DNA from: Fistulifera solaris
Lineage: Eukaryota
DNA length: 64,000 nucleotides
Direction of reading: 5' to 3'
Assembly: GCA_030295235.1 (NCBI GenBank)
Contig: AP026137.1
Coordinates: forward strand, 930,001 to 994,000
A program made the position numbers and the translations under genes. The number at the start of each line of letters is the position of its first letter. The first letter of the stretch is position 1. Positions 26,001-37,683 of this stretch are shown piece by piece. Below the pieces are notes generated by a model. That model saw nothing but the letters and a program-made list of their open reading frames with translations. It ran no database searches and was not told the DNA's origin.

Positions 26001-26560
26001 TCCGAAGAGTCATCATTGTCTTCTTGTTCTTTGATGTGTAATGTTGCAGGCGCATATTTCGTGGGCGAACGCGACTTTTCCTCCGAGTTTGGAGGAGGCG
26101 GCGATGAACTGTCGTCATGCATAAATTCTTTCTCATCTTCATCATTGCTATTCTGTTCGACTTTATCGTGGTCGCTTCCAACACCATCTTCGGAACTGTC
26201 ATCACCAGGAATATGCGAGTCGTCGTCGCTTGCTTTCGCTGTTGAAGAATGATCTTTCTCGGAGTCATTAGCCTTTTCTTGCATTTTCGGTTCTGTGTCA
26301 ATCACCGGATTGATTGCCTCGTTCTGACTATCGTGCTGATCTACTTCGGCGTCTTCGTCCTCATCATCACTAGCGAGACCTTGAAAGGATCCGTCGTCAT
26401 CCCACAACGACGTCTTGGGCTGTTCTTCCAAGACCATGGGCGGCAATTCCTCCACATTCTCTTGGTTGTTGTGCGCCGTTTCGTCTGCCGCCTTACTTCC
26501 GAACGTACGGCGTCGTTGCACTAGGCGCTCATACGCCGTGCTCACCGTTTCTTCTGTCAT
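23051..26560 (-). CDS. Acidic low-complexity protein, Mrc1/Claspin-like, with a DEK-C-like helical segment
   Basis: LVEEEAEEEEEEEVAGLEDFG resembles the MRC1 domain core; intron 23459-23518 joins the last exon in frame. Confidence 0.55.
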
Positions 26561-26937
26561 TGGATGAGTTTTGTGCTCCAAAGAGGTTCTTCGAGTTGGT
26601 AGGAATATGTTGTTTGTAATGCTATAACGATTTGTATAATAGTCTTTGTGAGGGGGAAGGATGATGCGAAGGAAAAAATGTTGTTGTCCTGCCGCAAAAG
26701 TTGGAGGGAGAGACGCGCCGGCGTGCACCTTATTCAAAACAAAAGGAAACCTACTTTTTTTACCATACTCTAGGAAGCCGGCAGACGATCGCGATCGGTG
26801 GGAAGTTTGCCTTCCAAAGCATTCTCGCCGCTTTGATTACGGTAACCTATCATCTGATCGGGGTTTGCTTTGCAAAGTTGCTTTTAATTGATGACATGGT
26901 AACAAGGCCTTTCCAACTGGACGGACTGTAATTATTT

Positions 26938-27260
26938 ATGAACTCCTTTCCTCGCTCGGGAATATTCTTAGCTCATGACTGACATGCAGTCGTGGAAAAG
27001 GTAATCTACACTTTGGGCCATAGTAAAGAATGGAAAAGAACGATCCGCAAGACTTTTAGCTAACAAAATCGATGCGTGCATTGCAAATATTGTCTACAAT
27101 CATAACATGCTAATAGGATAGAAAAGAGTGTGAAGTTTGTAATCATGAACTTCTTTCCTCGCTTATTATGGGGATTTTATTTTCTCGTGACTGAATGCAG
27201 TCGTCGTTGTGTCTAGAGAAAAAACGATAATATTTGCAAACCAATGATAACCCATAGTAA
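26938..27260 (-). repeat. Dispersed hairpin element, two tandem degenerate copies
   Basis: atgaactc/tctttcctcgct...(c)tc(a/g)tgactga..tgcagtcgt...ccatagtaaa occurs twice, ~210-230 bp apart. Confidence 0.7.
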
Positions 27261-27519
27261 ATGAGTGCAATTCCTGCTAAGAAATTCCATTTACAGAGGG
27301 TACAAACTAGGCTTTACTTAGCATACATTTCGTCCTAAAGGGTCCAAGGTGACTGGTCTTTTAAAAACTATACTTGATCTTCGGCGCTGTTGTACATTAG
27401 ATCGCACTTTTCAACTTAACTTTTTTGCTGTTATTTCGTCGATTACAGCGTGTGCTGCAGGGTCTTCATATCTATAAACCACATCCTGTCGATCCATTAG
27501 CAAAAGATATGACACTATT

Positions 27520-29240
27520 TCAAGTAATGGAGGATTCGGACGATTCGGTCAATTCAATTGTCGTTTCTTTGTTGTCTTCCGCATAATCGCCGTCGTCCGT
27601 CGAAAGTGTCTGCCGATTCAAATCATCCTGGCTCAGCATGGTATAAGTCGACAAAGCCACCAGTGTTCCTATCATTCCGACAACTCCGTACATTAGAATA
27701 GACGCTGAACTTCCCATCCACGCAACAGACTGACTCGCTAAGAACCCAGCAAAGACGGGACCCAGCGCTTTTGCAGCACTTCCACCCAGCATGGACAATC
27801 CGTTCATGGTGGCACGTTGTTCGGAAGGTACAGATCGATTGGTCAAGACCGTGATGCTAGTGAAGAAAACGAAGCCAAAGATGCGGTATATTGCCATCAT
27901 AATGGCCAAGAAGAAATAAGTGGTCCATTTCAAAGTACCCGCTTCCGAACCATGATTCATCAACACAGCCAGTGGCAGCAGCAAAAGTGCCGGTGAAGAC
28001 ACCAAGGCACCCATTCGGAGCGACCCTAGCAGTCCAAACCGATCGTATATGGTCGAATACAAGAAGTACTGAAACGAGATGAAGATGAGTCCGACAAGTG
28101 CTAGTATTTCTCCGATTTCTTTTTCTGACAGCCCAAAGCCAGCCACTTGCGACATGCAAAACAAAGGAAACAACTCATCGACGGTCAAACCGACAAACGA
28201 GTAGACCCAATAGATCAATAATGAAATCCGGGTGACGCGGCGTGTCCAGAGATCTTTCATCGAAACCGTGTTGTCGGATTCCTTTTCGGGTATTGACGCT
28301 TCGACGAACACTCCTATATCCGAATCGTGTTCTTTCAAGACGGGAACCGTTTGATACCGCGTTGATCGTTTGCAACACCGACAAAGCACTTGAGTTGCAT
28401 CCTGCAGCAGGAGTCGGGGGTCACGCAGTCTGGAAGTAGGTAGCGTTTCTGCCACAAAGAGGTAGACCAGGAGCGCTGCTATCAAACATAGGACCGCTCC
28501 AAGTAGATTGGGTAACAAGAACGGATATGCTTTTAAGATCCAGCCGATCCATCCTTGTCGTAACCATTGCACCGACGCATATTGCTTCTGAGGTTCTGCG
28601 AGAATTCCTGATACAACCGGTGACACTAGAAAGCCGAATCCCCACATGCCAATCACCAAACTCATCATATCCGTTTCATCCTTTTCATTACCTCGACATA
28701 TTTCGGATACGATTGTTTTCAGTGTCGCTACAATGCCGTTGGAGAGGCCCAACGAAAATCGAAAGACCAAGGCCCACGTAAATTGTCGCGATGTTCCAAA
28801 GCCCAAGGAAAACACGGCCGATAACAGTAGCGACGATAATAAAACAAAGACCCGTCCGTATCGATCGGCTGCCATTCCCCAAGGCAAAGAAGTAAACGCC
28901 CGACCCGCCATGAAGGACGCCGCAATGAAACCCGCGTATTTGCCGCACGTCTCGGAATTAATTCCGTCAATCAACTCAATGGCCATGTATCCCGCATACG
29001 GAACGACGGAAATGAGTAAATCTTTACAAGGAAGTAGACGTCACAAAGGAGCGAATGAATGTATATCGGGAGGAGCAAGAGGTGAGTGAGGCGGATGTCA
29101 AACAGAATCGAGAGTAGTTGCGCGACTGGAAACGTACAAGAATGTGTGAGCATACATAAACATAATGCTATTGTGATGCTTCTTTTACTTTGATTGCTGA
29201 ATTCGAGAGAGATGGTATGAATATTACTGTTTTCCGCCAT
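27520..29240 (-). CDS. MFS transporter (ZIFL1/TetA-like)
   Basis: Motif A WGMAADRYGRVFV; intron 29022-29137 gives HSYLLISVVPYAGYMA; many transmembrane segments. Confidence 0.9.
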
Positions 29241-29404
29241 GGTTTCCTCTCTATGACAAAGTAGTCTATGATAAGCTTTTATGAAAGAATAATGACGATG
29301 TCGTCCAGCAAAATAAAATGAGCCACAAAAGAAAGAAAATGAACAAAAATGCAGCAGTCACGCGTCACGCGACAGGTGCGCGACCGCGCGCCAAATGCAC
29401 GCTT

Positions 29405-29703
29405 CACTATATAGTCGAAAGTGTAAGCTAACTTATCCACGACTGCACTTCAGTCATGAATTTGATGTCGTTTGAGCCTGTTTGAGCGATAAAATGCTAC
29501 TTACAATGCGTCTTTTTAGCATATAAACTAAACCTATGAATCGCTGTTGCATTTGAATGGTCATTAACAGCGTTTTCGTTACACACCACGTCAATTTATT
29601 TACATCGAAAAGCATTGCGGAACGCTAATATCCGTATATACTATGATCCAAAGTGCAATGGTCCGGATTTTTCCACGACTGTGTTTTAGTCATGAATGAA
29701 TCA
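29405..29703 (+). repeat. Dispersed hairpin element, two tandem copies ~235 bp apart
   Basis: actatatagtcgaaagtgt..tccacgactgcacttcagtcatgaa and actatgatccaaagtgc..tccacgactgtgttttagtcatgaa. Confidence 0.75.
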
Positions 29704-29956
29704 TATTACTCCGAGTATTTCTTTCGAGCCACAATGCTAGACCTACAGTAAAAGCATTCACCAAGATTTTCTGGAAGTGTTTTTTTAGCTGCGTGTTTGT
29801 CTGCGTCGCACCTTTCTTTCTTTCGTTATTCATTCGCTTCGCGATTGTTGCCTTATTTCAAATACCTTGAATAGATCCTTACCGCAAGCTTTCCCTAAAC
29901 TAAAATTGACACACTAAAACTACAGCGCAGCTACAACAGCAGAAGGAACAGCACAA

Positions 29957-30938
29957 ATGGCAAAAAGAAAGTCCTCTTAATGGGCAAAGCCCACTCGGGC
30001 AAGACGAGTATGCGCTCGATTATCTTTGCCAACTTCTTGGCGCGTGATACGACACGTCTCAGTCCAACGTTAGACGTCGAACATCATCATGTGCGCTTTT
30101 TGGGTGACTTGGTGTTGAATTTGTGGGATTGTGGAGGACAAGATGCCTTTTACGAATCGTACTTTGAACGCGATCGAGAAACAATCTTTCGCTCCGTCGA
30201 ATTGCTCATTTACGTCTTTGACATTGAATCGGAAACGCCCGTCAAAGATTTTGATCACTTTTGTGGAGTCCTCGAAGCCATTGAAGAAAATAGTCCCGAT
30301 GCCCGCATCTTTGTTTTGGTGCACAAGATGGACTTAGTGGCGGTGGAAGATCGAGAAGCGATCTTGCAAGAACGTAAGCAGTTGATTGAAGAGTCGTGTA
30401 AAAATTGTGGTGTGGAGCATTTTCAGTGCTTTGGGACTAGTATCTGGGATGAAACCTTGTACAAGGCCTGGAGTGAGATCGTTACAAACCTCATTCCCAA
30501 CTTGAGTTTGTTGGAAACGCATTTGAATAACTTTTGTCGTATTTGTGATGCGGATGAAGTGGTTCTTTTGAGAGGGCCACATTCTTGGTCATTGCACACG
30601 CACAAAGCGAGGACGCAGTGTCACCGGACGATGATACTACGGATCCGACTACGTGGGATGAGCACAAACATATTCACCGCACGCCTCACTTTGATGCTCA
30701 CCGCTTTGAAAAAATTTCGAATATTGTCAAGCAGTTCAAATTATCTTGTGGAAAGGCTCAGTCCCAGTTTCAAGGAATGGAAGTGCGTAACAGTCGATTT
30801 GCGGCATACATTGATGCCTTTACGGCGAATACGTACATCATGGTGATTGTTTCCAACCCGATGGTGCAAACCCAAGCCACCATTCTCAACATACAGAACG
30901 CTCGAAATTTGTTTGAAAAGTTCATTCCGCGTATTTAA
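29957..30938 (+). CDS. RRAGA: Rag GTPase RagA/B (Gtr1)
   Basis: [66 protein letters not shown]; frameshift near 30570; exact start uncertain. Confidence 0.95.
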
Positions 30939-31118
30939 AGTTGATAAGCGGCTAATTGATTACGCGCGTCAAAAAAGTGCGAGAAGATGGGGCAATTTGG
31001 TTTTTTGTGTCGTTAAAAATAAAGCAAGTTCTTTGTAAATTTGTCTGTCTAAAGCGTAGAGTGTTTCGAGAGTCCTTCATCAACCATACGATCATTTTTC
31101 TGCTTCATTAGTCACTCT

Positions 31119-31424
31119 TTACAAAATCGCCTCACTTTCTTTCGTAACACCGCCAAATTTAGCCACTTCCTTGGCGTTTTCGCGGAAACCCATGAGTCTT
31201 CCGCGTGTGTTTTGCATCGCCACTAAACTACCAAAGGTCATTCCAATGCCTGCCATAAGACCTGCCATTCCAAATCGAGCCGGTCGTCCGACCATAAAGC
31301 CATATCCCCAACTCGCTACCGTAACACCTGCCCATTGCAAGTAATCAGAAGTTCGGATTGCCTTGATGCAATCGTCCACTGTTGGACTTTCTTTGACGAC
31401 GGGAAATTTTGCGACGGGGGCCAT
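31119..31424 (-). CDS. Complex I accessory subunit (NUXM / 20.9-21 kDa family)
   Basis: FPVVKESPT..IRTSDY..two TM segments..QNTRGRLMGFRENAKEV. Confidence 0.75.
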   Translation of the reverse strand: MAPVAKFPVVKESPTVDDCIKAIRTSDYLQWAGVTVASWGYGFMVGRPARFGMAGLMAGIGMTFGSLVAMQNTRGRLMGFRENAKEVAKFGGVTKESEAIL

Positions 31425-31658
31425 AATGCTGCAATAATATTAAGCGATGATGAGGCAGATTATAAAATAGAAACTTGTTCGTAACTTGCGCTGTATAATT
31501 GCAACAACAGGTTTTTGTTCGAAATTGTAAATTGTAAAGTCAAGCAGAGATGCGATGCAACAAGCAACGCAAACGCAACATAACACAATAATACAGCGTA
31601 ATGACGCAGTGATGGACAGACCTTGATGGGGAAGGGTGTTGGAAACGACGTTAAAATT

Positions 31659-31719
31659 TTAAAATTCTGCCTCGCCGTAGGCTCTACGTAGAAACTTGTA
31701 CTGAGAGGCAGAATTTTAA
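31659..31719. repeat. Perfect 15-bp inverted repeat (MITE-like remnant)
   Basis: ttaaaattctgcctc (31659-31673) and gaggcagaattttaa (31705-31719). Confidence 0.7.
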
Positions 31720-31892
31720 CGTCCTTTCACTTGCTAGCACAACATCATTCAAAATAAAAAAATACATCTTCCTTACTTGGTAAGTCAACTACTCTCTAGT
31801 AGCATACGGTTAAATGCACCTCGACCTTGCCCTCGACAATAATTCACAAATGCTTTCTTTGTCCCCAAGAAAGGTAAAAGCAAAATAAACTT

Positions 31893-31955
31893 TACTGTGG
31901 TCCGAAGTGTTTTCCGTTTTTCACCACGACTTGGTGTTCAGTCATGAGTCACGAC
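31893..31955 (+). repeat. Dispersed hairpin element copy
   Basis: tactgtggtccgaagtgt...ccacgacttggtgttcagtcatgagt. Confidence 0.65.
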
Positions 31956-32251
31956 AGCTTGCTCATTTCAGAAGTTTTGTACTCGCCTTAGCAAAGGTTT
32001 TTGTAAGTCTTCAATACGAAATTACGCAAACTGCAGAGTTGATAGCCTTCGAATAAGCAATGTTTATATACCAGTAGCATGTATATGTATGAGGTTACTA
32101 TATGCTTGAGAGTAAAGGACATTTTCCAAGACTCGATTCAGTCAGGAACTGCCTCTTTTCTTTGCCATTACTGGTATTATTTTTGCTATTATTATTTGTA
32201 GAGCTCAGCAACCCCGAACTGCTTATATTGTTATCAGTTACTCCTACTATA

Positions 32252-32449
32252 ATGCCGATGACATTTCGCGAGAGGCTGGCGTGGCTGGGGCGCATGCCGA
32301 CACATTACCGAATATTATTTTGTTCTCAATTGATGTTTACCGCCGTTGCAATACGCTACCGAATCATTATTGTCGAACGGAGACGGAAAGAGTTGACAGA
32401 AGAGTCATCCTTGTCACCAGAAACACAAACGAATGATAAAATAGATTAA
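32252..32449 (+). CDS. Small single-TM hypothetical protein
   Basis: MPMTFRERLAWLGRMPTHYRILFCSQLMFTAVAIRYR; converges on the dTMP kinase stop. Confidence 0.4.
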   Translation: MPMTFRERLAWLGRMPTHYRILFCSQLMFTAVAIRYRIIIVERRRKELTEESSLSPETQTNDKID

Positions 32450-32457
32450 GTGAAAAT

Positions 32458-33237
32458 TTACTTGTTATCGTCATTACTTGTTTCCCTCAATTCATAGTCA
32501 CCGCTTTGCCACAATTGCCGCACTTCCGGTTGTACTTGTTCCAGCGTTTGTTGTGCAATCGACCAGATATCGTCTTCGACTTGGTCCATGGTCTGTGCCG
32601 CATTCACAAACTTCCATTGCACACCATCATCGAGTTGAGACAACTCTTGAAATCGCTGTCTGACACGTTGCTGCATTTCTCTTTTCTCGTAGCGTTCCTG
32701 TCCATAACTGAGAGAAAAAAGAATCAAAACGAAAGTCAGTGAGTATACTATCAAATCGTTTTATAGCAATCACGGATCAACGCACCCTCCTCGTTCTTCC
32801 GCTTGCTCCGTCGACATGTCTAGAAAAATGACACAATCCGGTGCCGGCAAACCACGATCCGGTGCTTGACACCATTCCAGATCCATGTTGTCTTTTGAAG
32901 CACTGAAGGCAACACCCGAATACGCGTACCGATCACACACAATTGACGTTCCGGCTTTTAATTGCTCCACAATCATGTCGGCACTTTCCCATCGATTCGC
33001 GGAAAACAACAAATGAATTGCCCGATCGTCCATATTCGACGTTTGTTGTAAATACGAATCAATCAATTGACCGGTCGAAGTCGTGCGATTGGGAAAACGC
33101 ATGGCGGTCGCCGCAATGCCGGCTTGTAACAGACGTTGCAGGAGGCGTTGGCATTGCGTCGTTTTGCCGCAACGATCGACGCCTTCGAGTAAGAAAAAGG
33201 CTCCGCGGGTCGGTTTTGCAGTAGAATGTGGTAACAT
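32458..33237 (-). CDS. DTYMK: Thymidylate kinase
   Basis: P-loop EGVDRCGKTT, RFPNR, HLLFSANRWE, DRYAYSG; intron 32708-32785 gives GG|YGQERYE. Confidence 0.95.
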
Positions 33238-33695
33238 CGTTCACGATATTAATCCTGAAAATAGAAATTATTATCGAGATCGTATTGCAATGAATGAGGA
33301 ATGATGTCAAATATTATTACGGAGTATTATTTATTGACGAATAAATGCGAGACGACGACGACACGCGAGATCGCGAGGATCGAGGATCGAGGATCGAGTA
33401 TTGCTCAGTCACGAGTGAGGGCGACGCGTGTCCGCCAAGACCCTTAACATGCTTTACAGATAATGATTCAGTACCGGTACATATTAACAGTAGCGTGATG
33501 TGTAGATTACTTTTTTATAAAAAAGACTTGAATGCAGACGAGACTGCGGTGAAAGAAGCCAAAAACGCTTGAATGAATAATGGAGAATGGAGAATATGCC
33601 ATTTTTATTGTCCTTCTTATTCTTCATCCCAACAAAACAAAAGACCCTTTTTATTGAAGTTTTATCATCAGGCAGCAACAACTATAACATCAAGA

Positions 33696-35051
33696 ATGCC
33701 GCAAGAGGAATTAATTCTCGACAAATCGCCTCTTCCTTCGATGGATCCGGCAGTTTGTCAAAAGGCATCGCGTTATGCCGTTCGAGTCTTTGAAGAAATG
33801 TCCAAACGGAGCAAATTATTACGCAACAACAATCATGTAGCACAATTTGATCGCGACGAAATATTACCTTATTTAGGTGAAAAGCTGGGAACAGGAGGCT
33901 TCAATGTCGTGTTCGAATTGGAAAAGATTGTCTTGGATGACCCATCCGACGAGGAAGAGGATGACCGTCGAGAAGAGAAACAAGCGAAACGAAAACAAGT
34001 TGCTTACGACATTAAGACCAAACTCGCGGTCAAATTCTTGAGTGACGAAGCACTGGAATCGCAAGAAGAATTCTGTAACGGTGCGGCCGATTTGTTAATG
34101 GAAGCCAAGTACTTGGCGGCTTTGGCGGCTCATCCTCATCCGGCTCTCATTCAATTGCACGGGGTGTGTGCCGAAGGGGCGGCGGGCTTTGGACGAACGG
34201 AGCGGGCTGGATTCTTTCTCGTGATTGATCGATTGTACGATACACTCGATCGACGAATCGATATTTGGAAAGAACTACAACGGCGGAAATTGGCCATGAA
34301 CAATGGGGAGACACGAAAACTACTGGCGGGTCTCTTTTTGCAGCGCTTGTTGGTAGCGCAAGATATTGCCTCCGCACTTCGTCACTTGCATAAATTGCAA
34401 ATCATATTTAGAGACTTGAAGCCAGGTAAGTCGAACGAGAGAGTGTGTTGGAATGGTGAAAGATTGATAAAGGCGCTTACCCAAATCTTGTTCCGCTTCT
34501 GGTGTCTGCCTTCATGATGTAATTAATGCTGCGCGTCAAACTCAAATGACAACTTGATGATTGATCCATAAGACAACGTTGGGTTTTGCTTTGACGGAAG
34601 AGTCAAATTATTTGATTTCGGGTTGGCGAAAGAGCTGGATCCGCATCAACAAAATGAAGATGGACTCTACAACATGTCCGGAGGGACGGGTTCTCGCCGA
34701 TTCATGGCGCCAGAAGTTGCCTTGTCGGAACCCTATCACTTATCGGCAGATATGTACTCGTTTGCTATCTTGTTTTGGGAGATATTGACATTGGACAAAG
34801 CGTTCGCTCGGTTGACGGTGGATGACCATCATGAAAAGGTCATTCAGGGGACAGAGCGACCAGAGTTGGATCCGGGATGGACATCGTCATTGTGTGAAAT
34901 ACTACAGGGTTGCTGGCATTACAAACCACATCGCAGACCGTCTGCGAAGGAAGCGCATCGGGCACTGCGATATGAAATTCAAGATATGGTGGCAGAAGAA
35001 TTTCCGAAGCAAGCAGATTTCGATGAGCGAAGGAGGCGGGCGTATCATTAG
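33696..35051 (+). CDS. Protein kinase (diatom-expanded TKL-like type)
   Basis: GTGGFNVV, AVK, FRDLKP|DNVGF across intron 34426-34572, DFGLAKEL, GSRRFMAPE. Confidence 0.92.
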
Positions 35052-35108
35052 TGTAGTGTAGTTTGGAAAGATATGAATTATGTATTTTCTCGTTACACCT
35101 CTCATAGG

Positions 35109-37229
35109 TTAAAATGCATATTCCGTCTGTGCTGTACAATCAAGACCACTCGTCGTCGCATTTGCTTTTACGTTCAGCGCAAACACAAACTCCACATTGT
35201 CTGAAAATTTCGTCCCGACATTGATTTGACTGGTCTCGCTAAAGACAAGCAACTCCTCGCCTCTCGTAATTCTTACTTGCTCTTCGAGGACTTGCAGAGA
35301 GTCTGGTAGAAATTCACTCTCCACGATGGCACTTTCGGCTATCAGCTCTCCGTCACCGATGTTTTCGATAGAGTACAACAGTCTGACGGTTGTCAAGCTA
35401 GAAAAGTCACCTAGCTCATTTTCGAAAGCAACAAGCTCCAAGGCTCCTAAAAGTCCTAATGAACTCGTCAATGACAGGGTTGGATTACTTGAGGAGCAAG
35501 TTGTATCAAGCGTAAAGGAATCCAGCTCCGTTCCCACATTGCCATTATCATCAGCGTTTGAAACAGAGACTTGGAGCAAGCCTCCGAAGCTTCCCTCGAC
35601 CCGAAACGTGCCACCAAGAGTAACAATTTCCGAATCCGTCAGGTTGGAATTTGATGTCACCTGAATACGAACTTGTTGTGGATTGACGGATACATTATCG
35701 AATCCACGGTAGAGAAAAACTAGTCCGGTGGCAGGGGCGTCATCCGCACAGGCTTTGCCTCGTGGATCTGGAATCTGATCACACGGTCCGATGGAAGTAC
35801 CTTCATCCGAGATACATTCGCACACGATTGAAGCTGATATAGTACATTCCGAATCCGAGTCGTCAACAGAGTTTAAAGACGATGGTGAAGCGGATGGTAT
35901 AGTATCATCGGGGAAGGACGGAACCTGAGTTCCAGCAACAAAAGAGTTAACAGCTGTTCCCTCGCAAGCGATTCCAGAAGGATTCGAGACCGCAGCGATT
36001 TGAATGGAATCCGTATATGTCCTTCGTTCGGACAAATCGAGCATTTCACTGGGCAGCTCGACGTCGACACTTTCCCCAGGCGAAAGTGTTATCCCCGCCA
36101 CGAGATCTGAATAGTCCTTAAGACCAGCATAGTTGGACAAGAGGTCTAGTGATGTCAAACTGGCATCCGTCCCGCCTGATTCTGCGGTGACTCCGACATT
36201 CACTGTTGTAGTTGTGGGCACCAAATATGACACATCACCTTGTTCGGGGCTGGAAAATGATGTGAGCTGCAATGCACCAAGCTGCTCTTTCAATCTCAAA
36301 TTTATGTTGCAAGATGCTGGGAACTGAAGCTCTTGAGCTAGATTGGCTGGATTGCTGGTTTCATTGGACCCGAACAATTTGACAAGAACCACATTGGGTA
36401 AACGTTCCCCATCATCGCCCACGTTGATACTTAAATACTGCCCATTTTGTACCCATCCACGGAGAAGAATAGCTCCTTCTTTGCCACTGCTTGCCACCAC
36501 ATATGCTTCCTCTGTAGTAACTGCTGTACTATCCACACAGGAGAAATATCCATCTAAATTGGTGGAACTTTCGTTGCAGGCTTGTGCCGTGTACTTGAAG
36601 GTCATATTGGTGGGAGGTGCCGTACAAGTGAATGTCGTCAACTCTAATGCATCGCACTGCTGACCCGCATAAGGTCCCGTTGGAACCGAACATGTCACAT
36701 TGATTTGCAAGTCACACTCGTCTGATGACAAGGATGATGTCATGGAAGGTGAATTCGTAGGTTGCATTGGTCGAGCCACAGAAGGAGCATCACTGGAAAG
36801 ATCCGAAGGAAAATCCGAAGCAGATTGTGTGGGCGACAATGTACCTAGAGTGGAGGGCAGAATCGTGGGCACTATAATTTCGATGGGAACTGGCTGGCTG
36901 GTTTCTGAAGTAGGCGCCGGTCTAGATGTAATGGGAGCAAGAGTGCGTGATGATGCTGGTGACATTGTGGGTTCTGAGGAAAGTGCTACGATGGGTCTCA
37001 TCGTCGGACGCATCGTTGGCTTTCTCTCTGTACGAAACGTCGGCGTTGCGGTCGGAGAAAGTATCGGTTGCATTGCCGGTGGTCGGGAGGGTACCACCGT
37101 CGGCATACTGAATGCCCGATCCGTGAGATATCGTTCCCAGAGTTCTCGTTCTTCCTCTGCAATGGGCAAACCATGCGAGTGACTTCCTAGCAATAGAAGG
37201 AGACTGAAGATGGCTTCTAATCTCATCAT
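35109..37229 (-). CDS. Secreted protein with Pro/Thr/Ser-rich stalk and two repeated Cys-containing beta domains (cell surface/adhesion candidate)
   Basis: Signal peptide; PT/PS repeats; two similar modules (EC.I...C...C...C..P..L.F.Y...SC...LGAL.L..F). Confidence 0.75.
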   Translation of the reverse strand: MMRLEAIFSLLLLLGSHSHGLPIAEEERELWERYLTDRAFSMPTVVPSRPPAMQPILSPTATPTFRTERKPTMRPTMRPIVALSSEPTMSPASSRTLAPITSRPAPTSETSQPVPIEIIVPTILPSTLGTLSPTQSASDFPSDLSSDAPSVARPMQPTNSPSMTSSLSSDECDLQINVTCSVPTGPYAGQQCDALELTTFTCTAPPTNMTFKYTAQACNESSTNLDGYFSCVDSTAVTTEEAYVVASSGKEGAILLRGWVQNGQYLSINVGDDGERLPNVVLVKLFGSNETSNPANLAQELQFPASCNINLRLKEQLGALQLTSFSSPEQGDVSYLVPTTTTVNVGVTAESGGTDASLTSLDLLSNYAGLKDYSDLVAGITLSPGESVDVELPSEMLDLSERRTYTDSIQIAAVSNPSGIACEGTAVNSFVAGTQVPSFPDDTIPSASPSSLNSVDDSDSECTISASIVCECISDEGTSIGPCDQIPDPRGKACADDAPATGLVFLYRGFDNVSVNPQQVRIQVTSNSNLTDSEIVTLGGTFRVEGSFGGLLQVSVSNADDNGNVGTELDSFTLDTTCSSSNPTLSLTSSLGLLGALELVAFENELGDFSSLTTVRLLYSIENIGDGELIAESAIVESEFLPDSLQVLEEQVRITRGEELLVFSETSQINVGTKFSDNVEFVFALNVKANATTSGLDCTAQTEYAF

Positions 37230-37683
37230 GGATTTCTATGGAGTTGGCGTGCACAATGGTGTGTTTACAACATCGAAAGCTCGAACGAAGGACGAGAAAA
37301 GGATTTTGTGGTCACTTTTGGAATTTTCAATTAGTTAGCGATTTCAAGGCGATTAATGCGTAACATAAAACGTCTTCAAGTTGATACTGAGTGTAGCTTA
37401 TGTGACATAGTCACGTTTTGATGCTCCATCGGAGCCATCTACTTAAACAAATTCTGTTTTTTGTATTTAATGACATAATCATGTTAAATTCTCCATCTCG
37501 TTTTCCGACATCAACCTCGCGCTCGCATCAAAAGCTTGATCAAAAGATCTGTCCGCTCGCATCTCGCATCTCGTCACTCGTCACTCCATCCTCATCTGCT
37601 CCGCCTTTCTCTGCAAGCACTCTTCTTATGACCCAACCTAACAAATTGTCCTACAAAACGCTGAAATAATGAAATGAAACAAG

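Noticed and set aside
22033..31424. Complex I gene cluster (gamma-CA + NUXM-like)
   Set aside because: Separated by unrelated genes; likely chance
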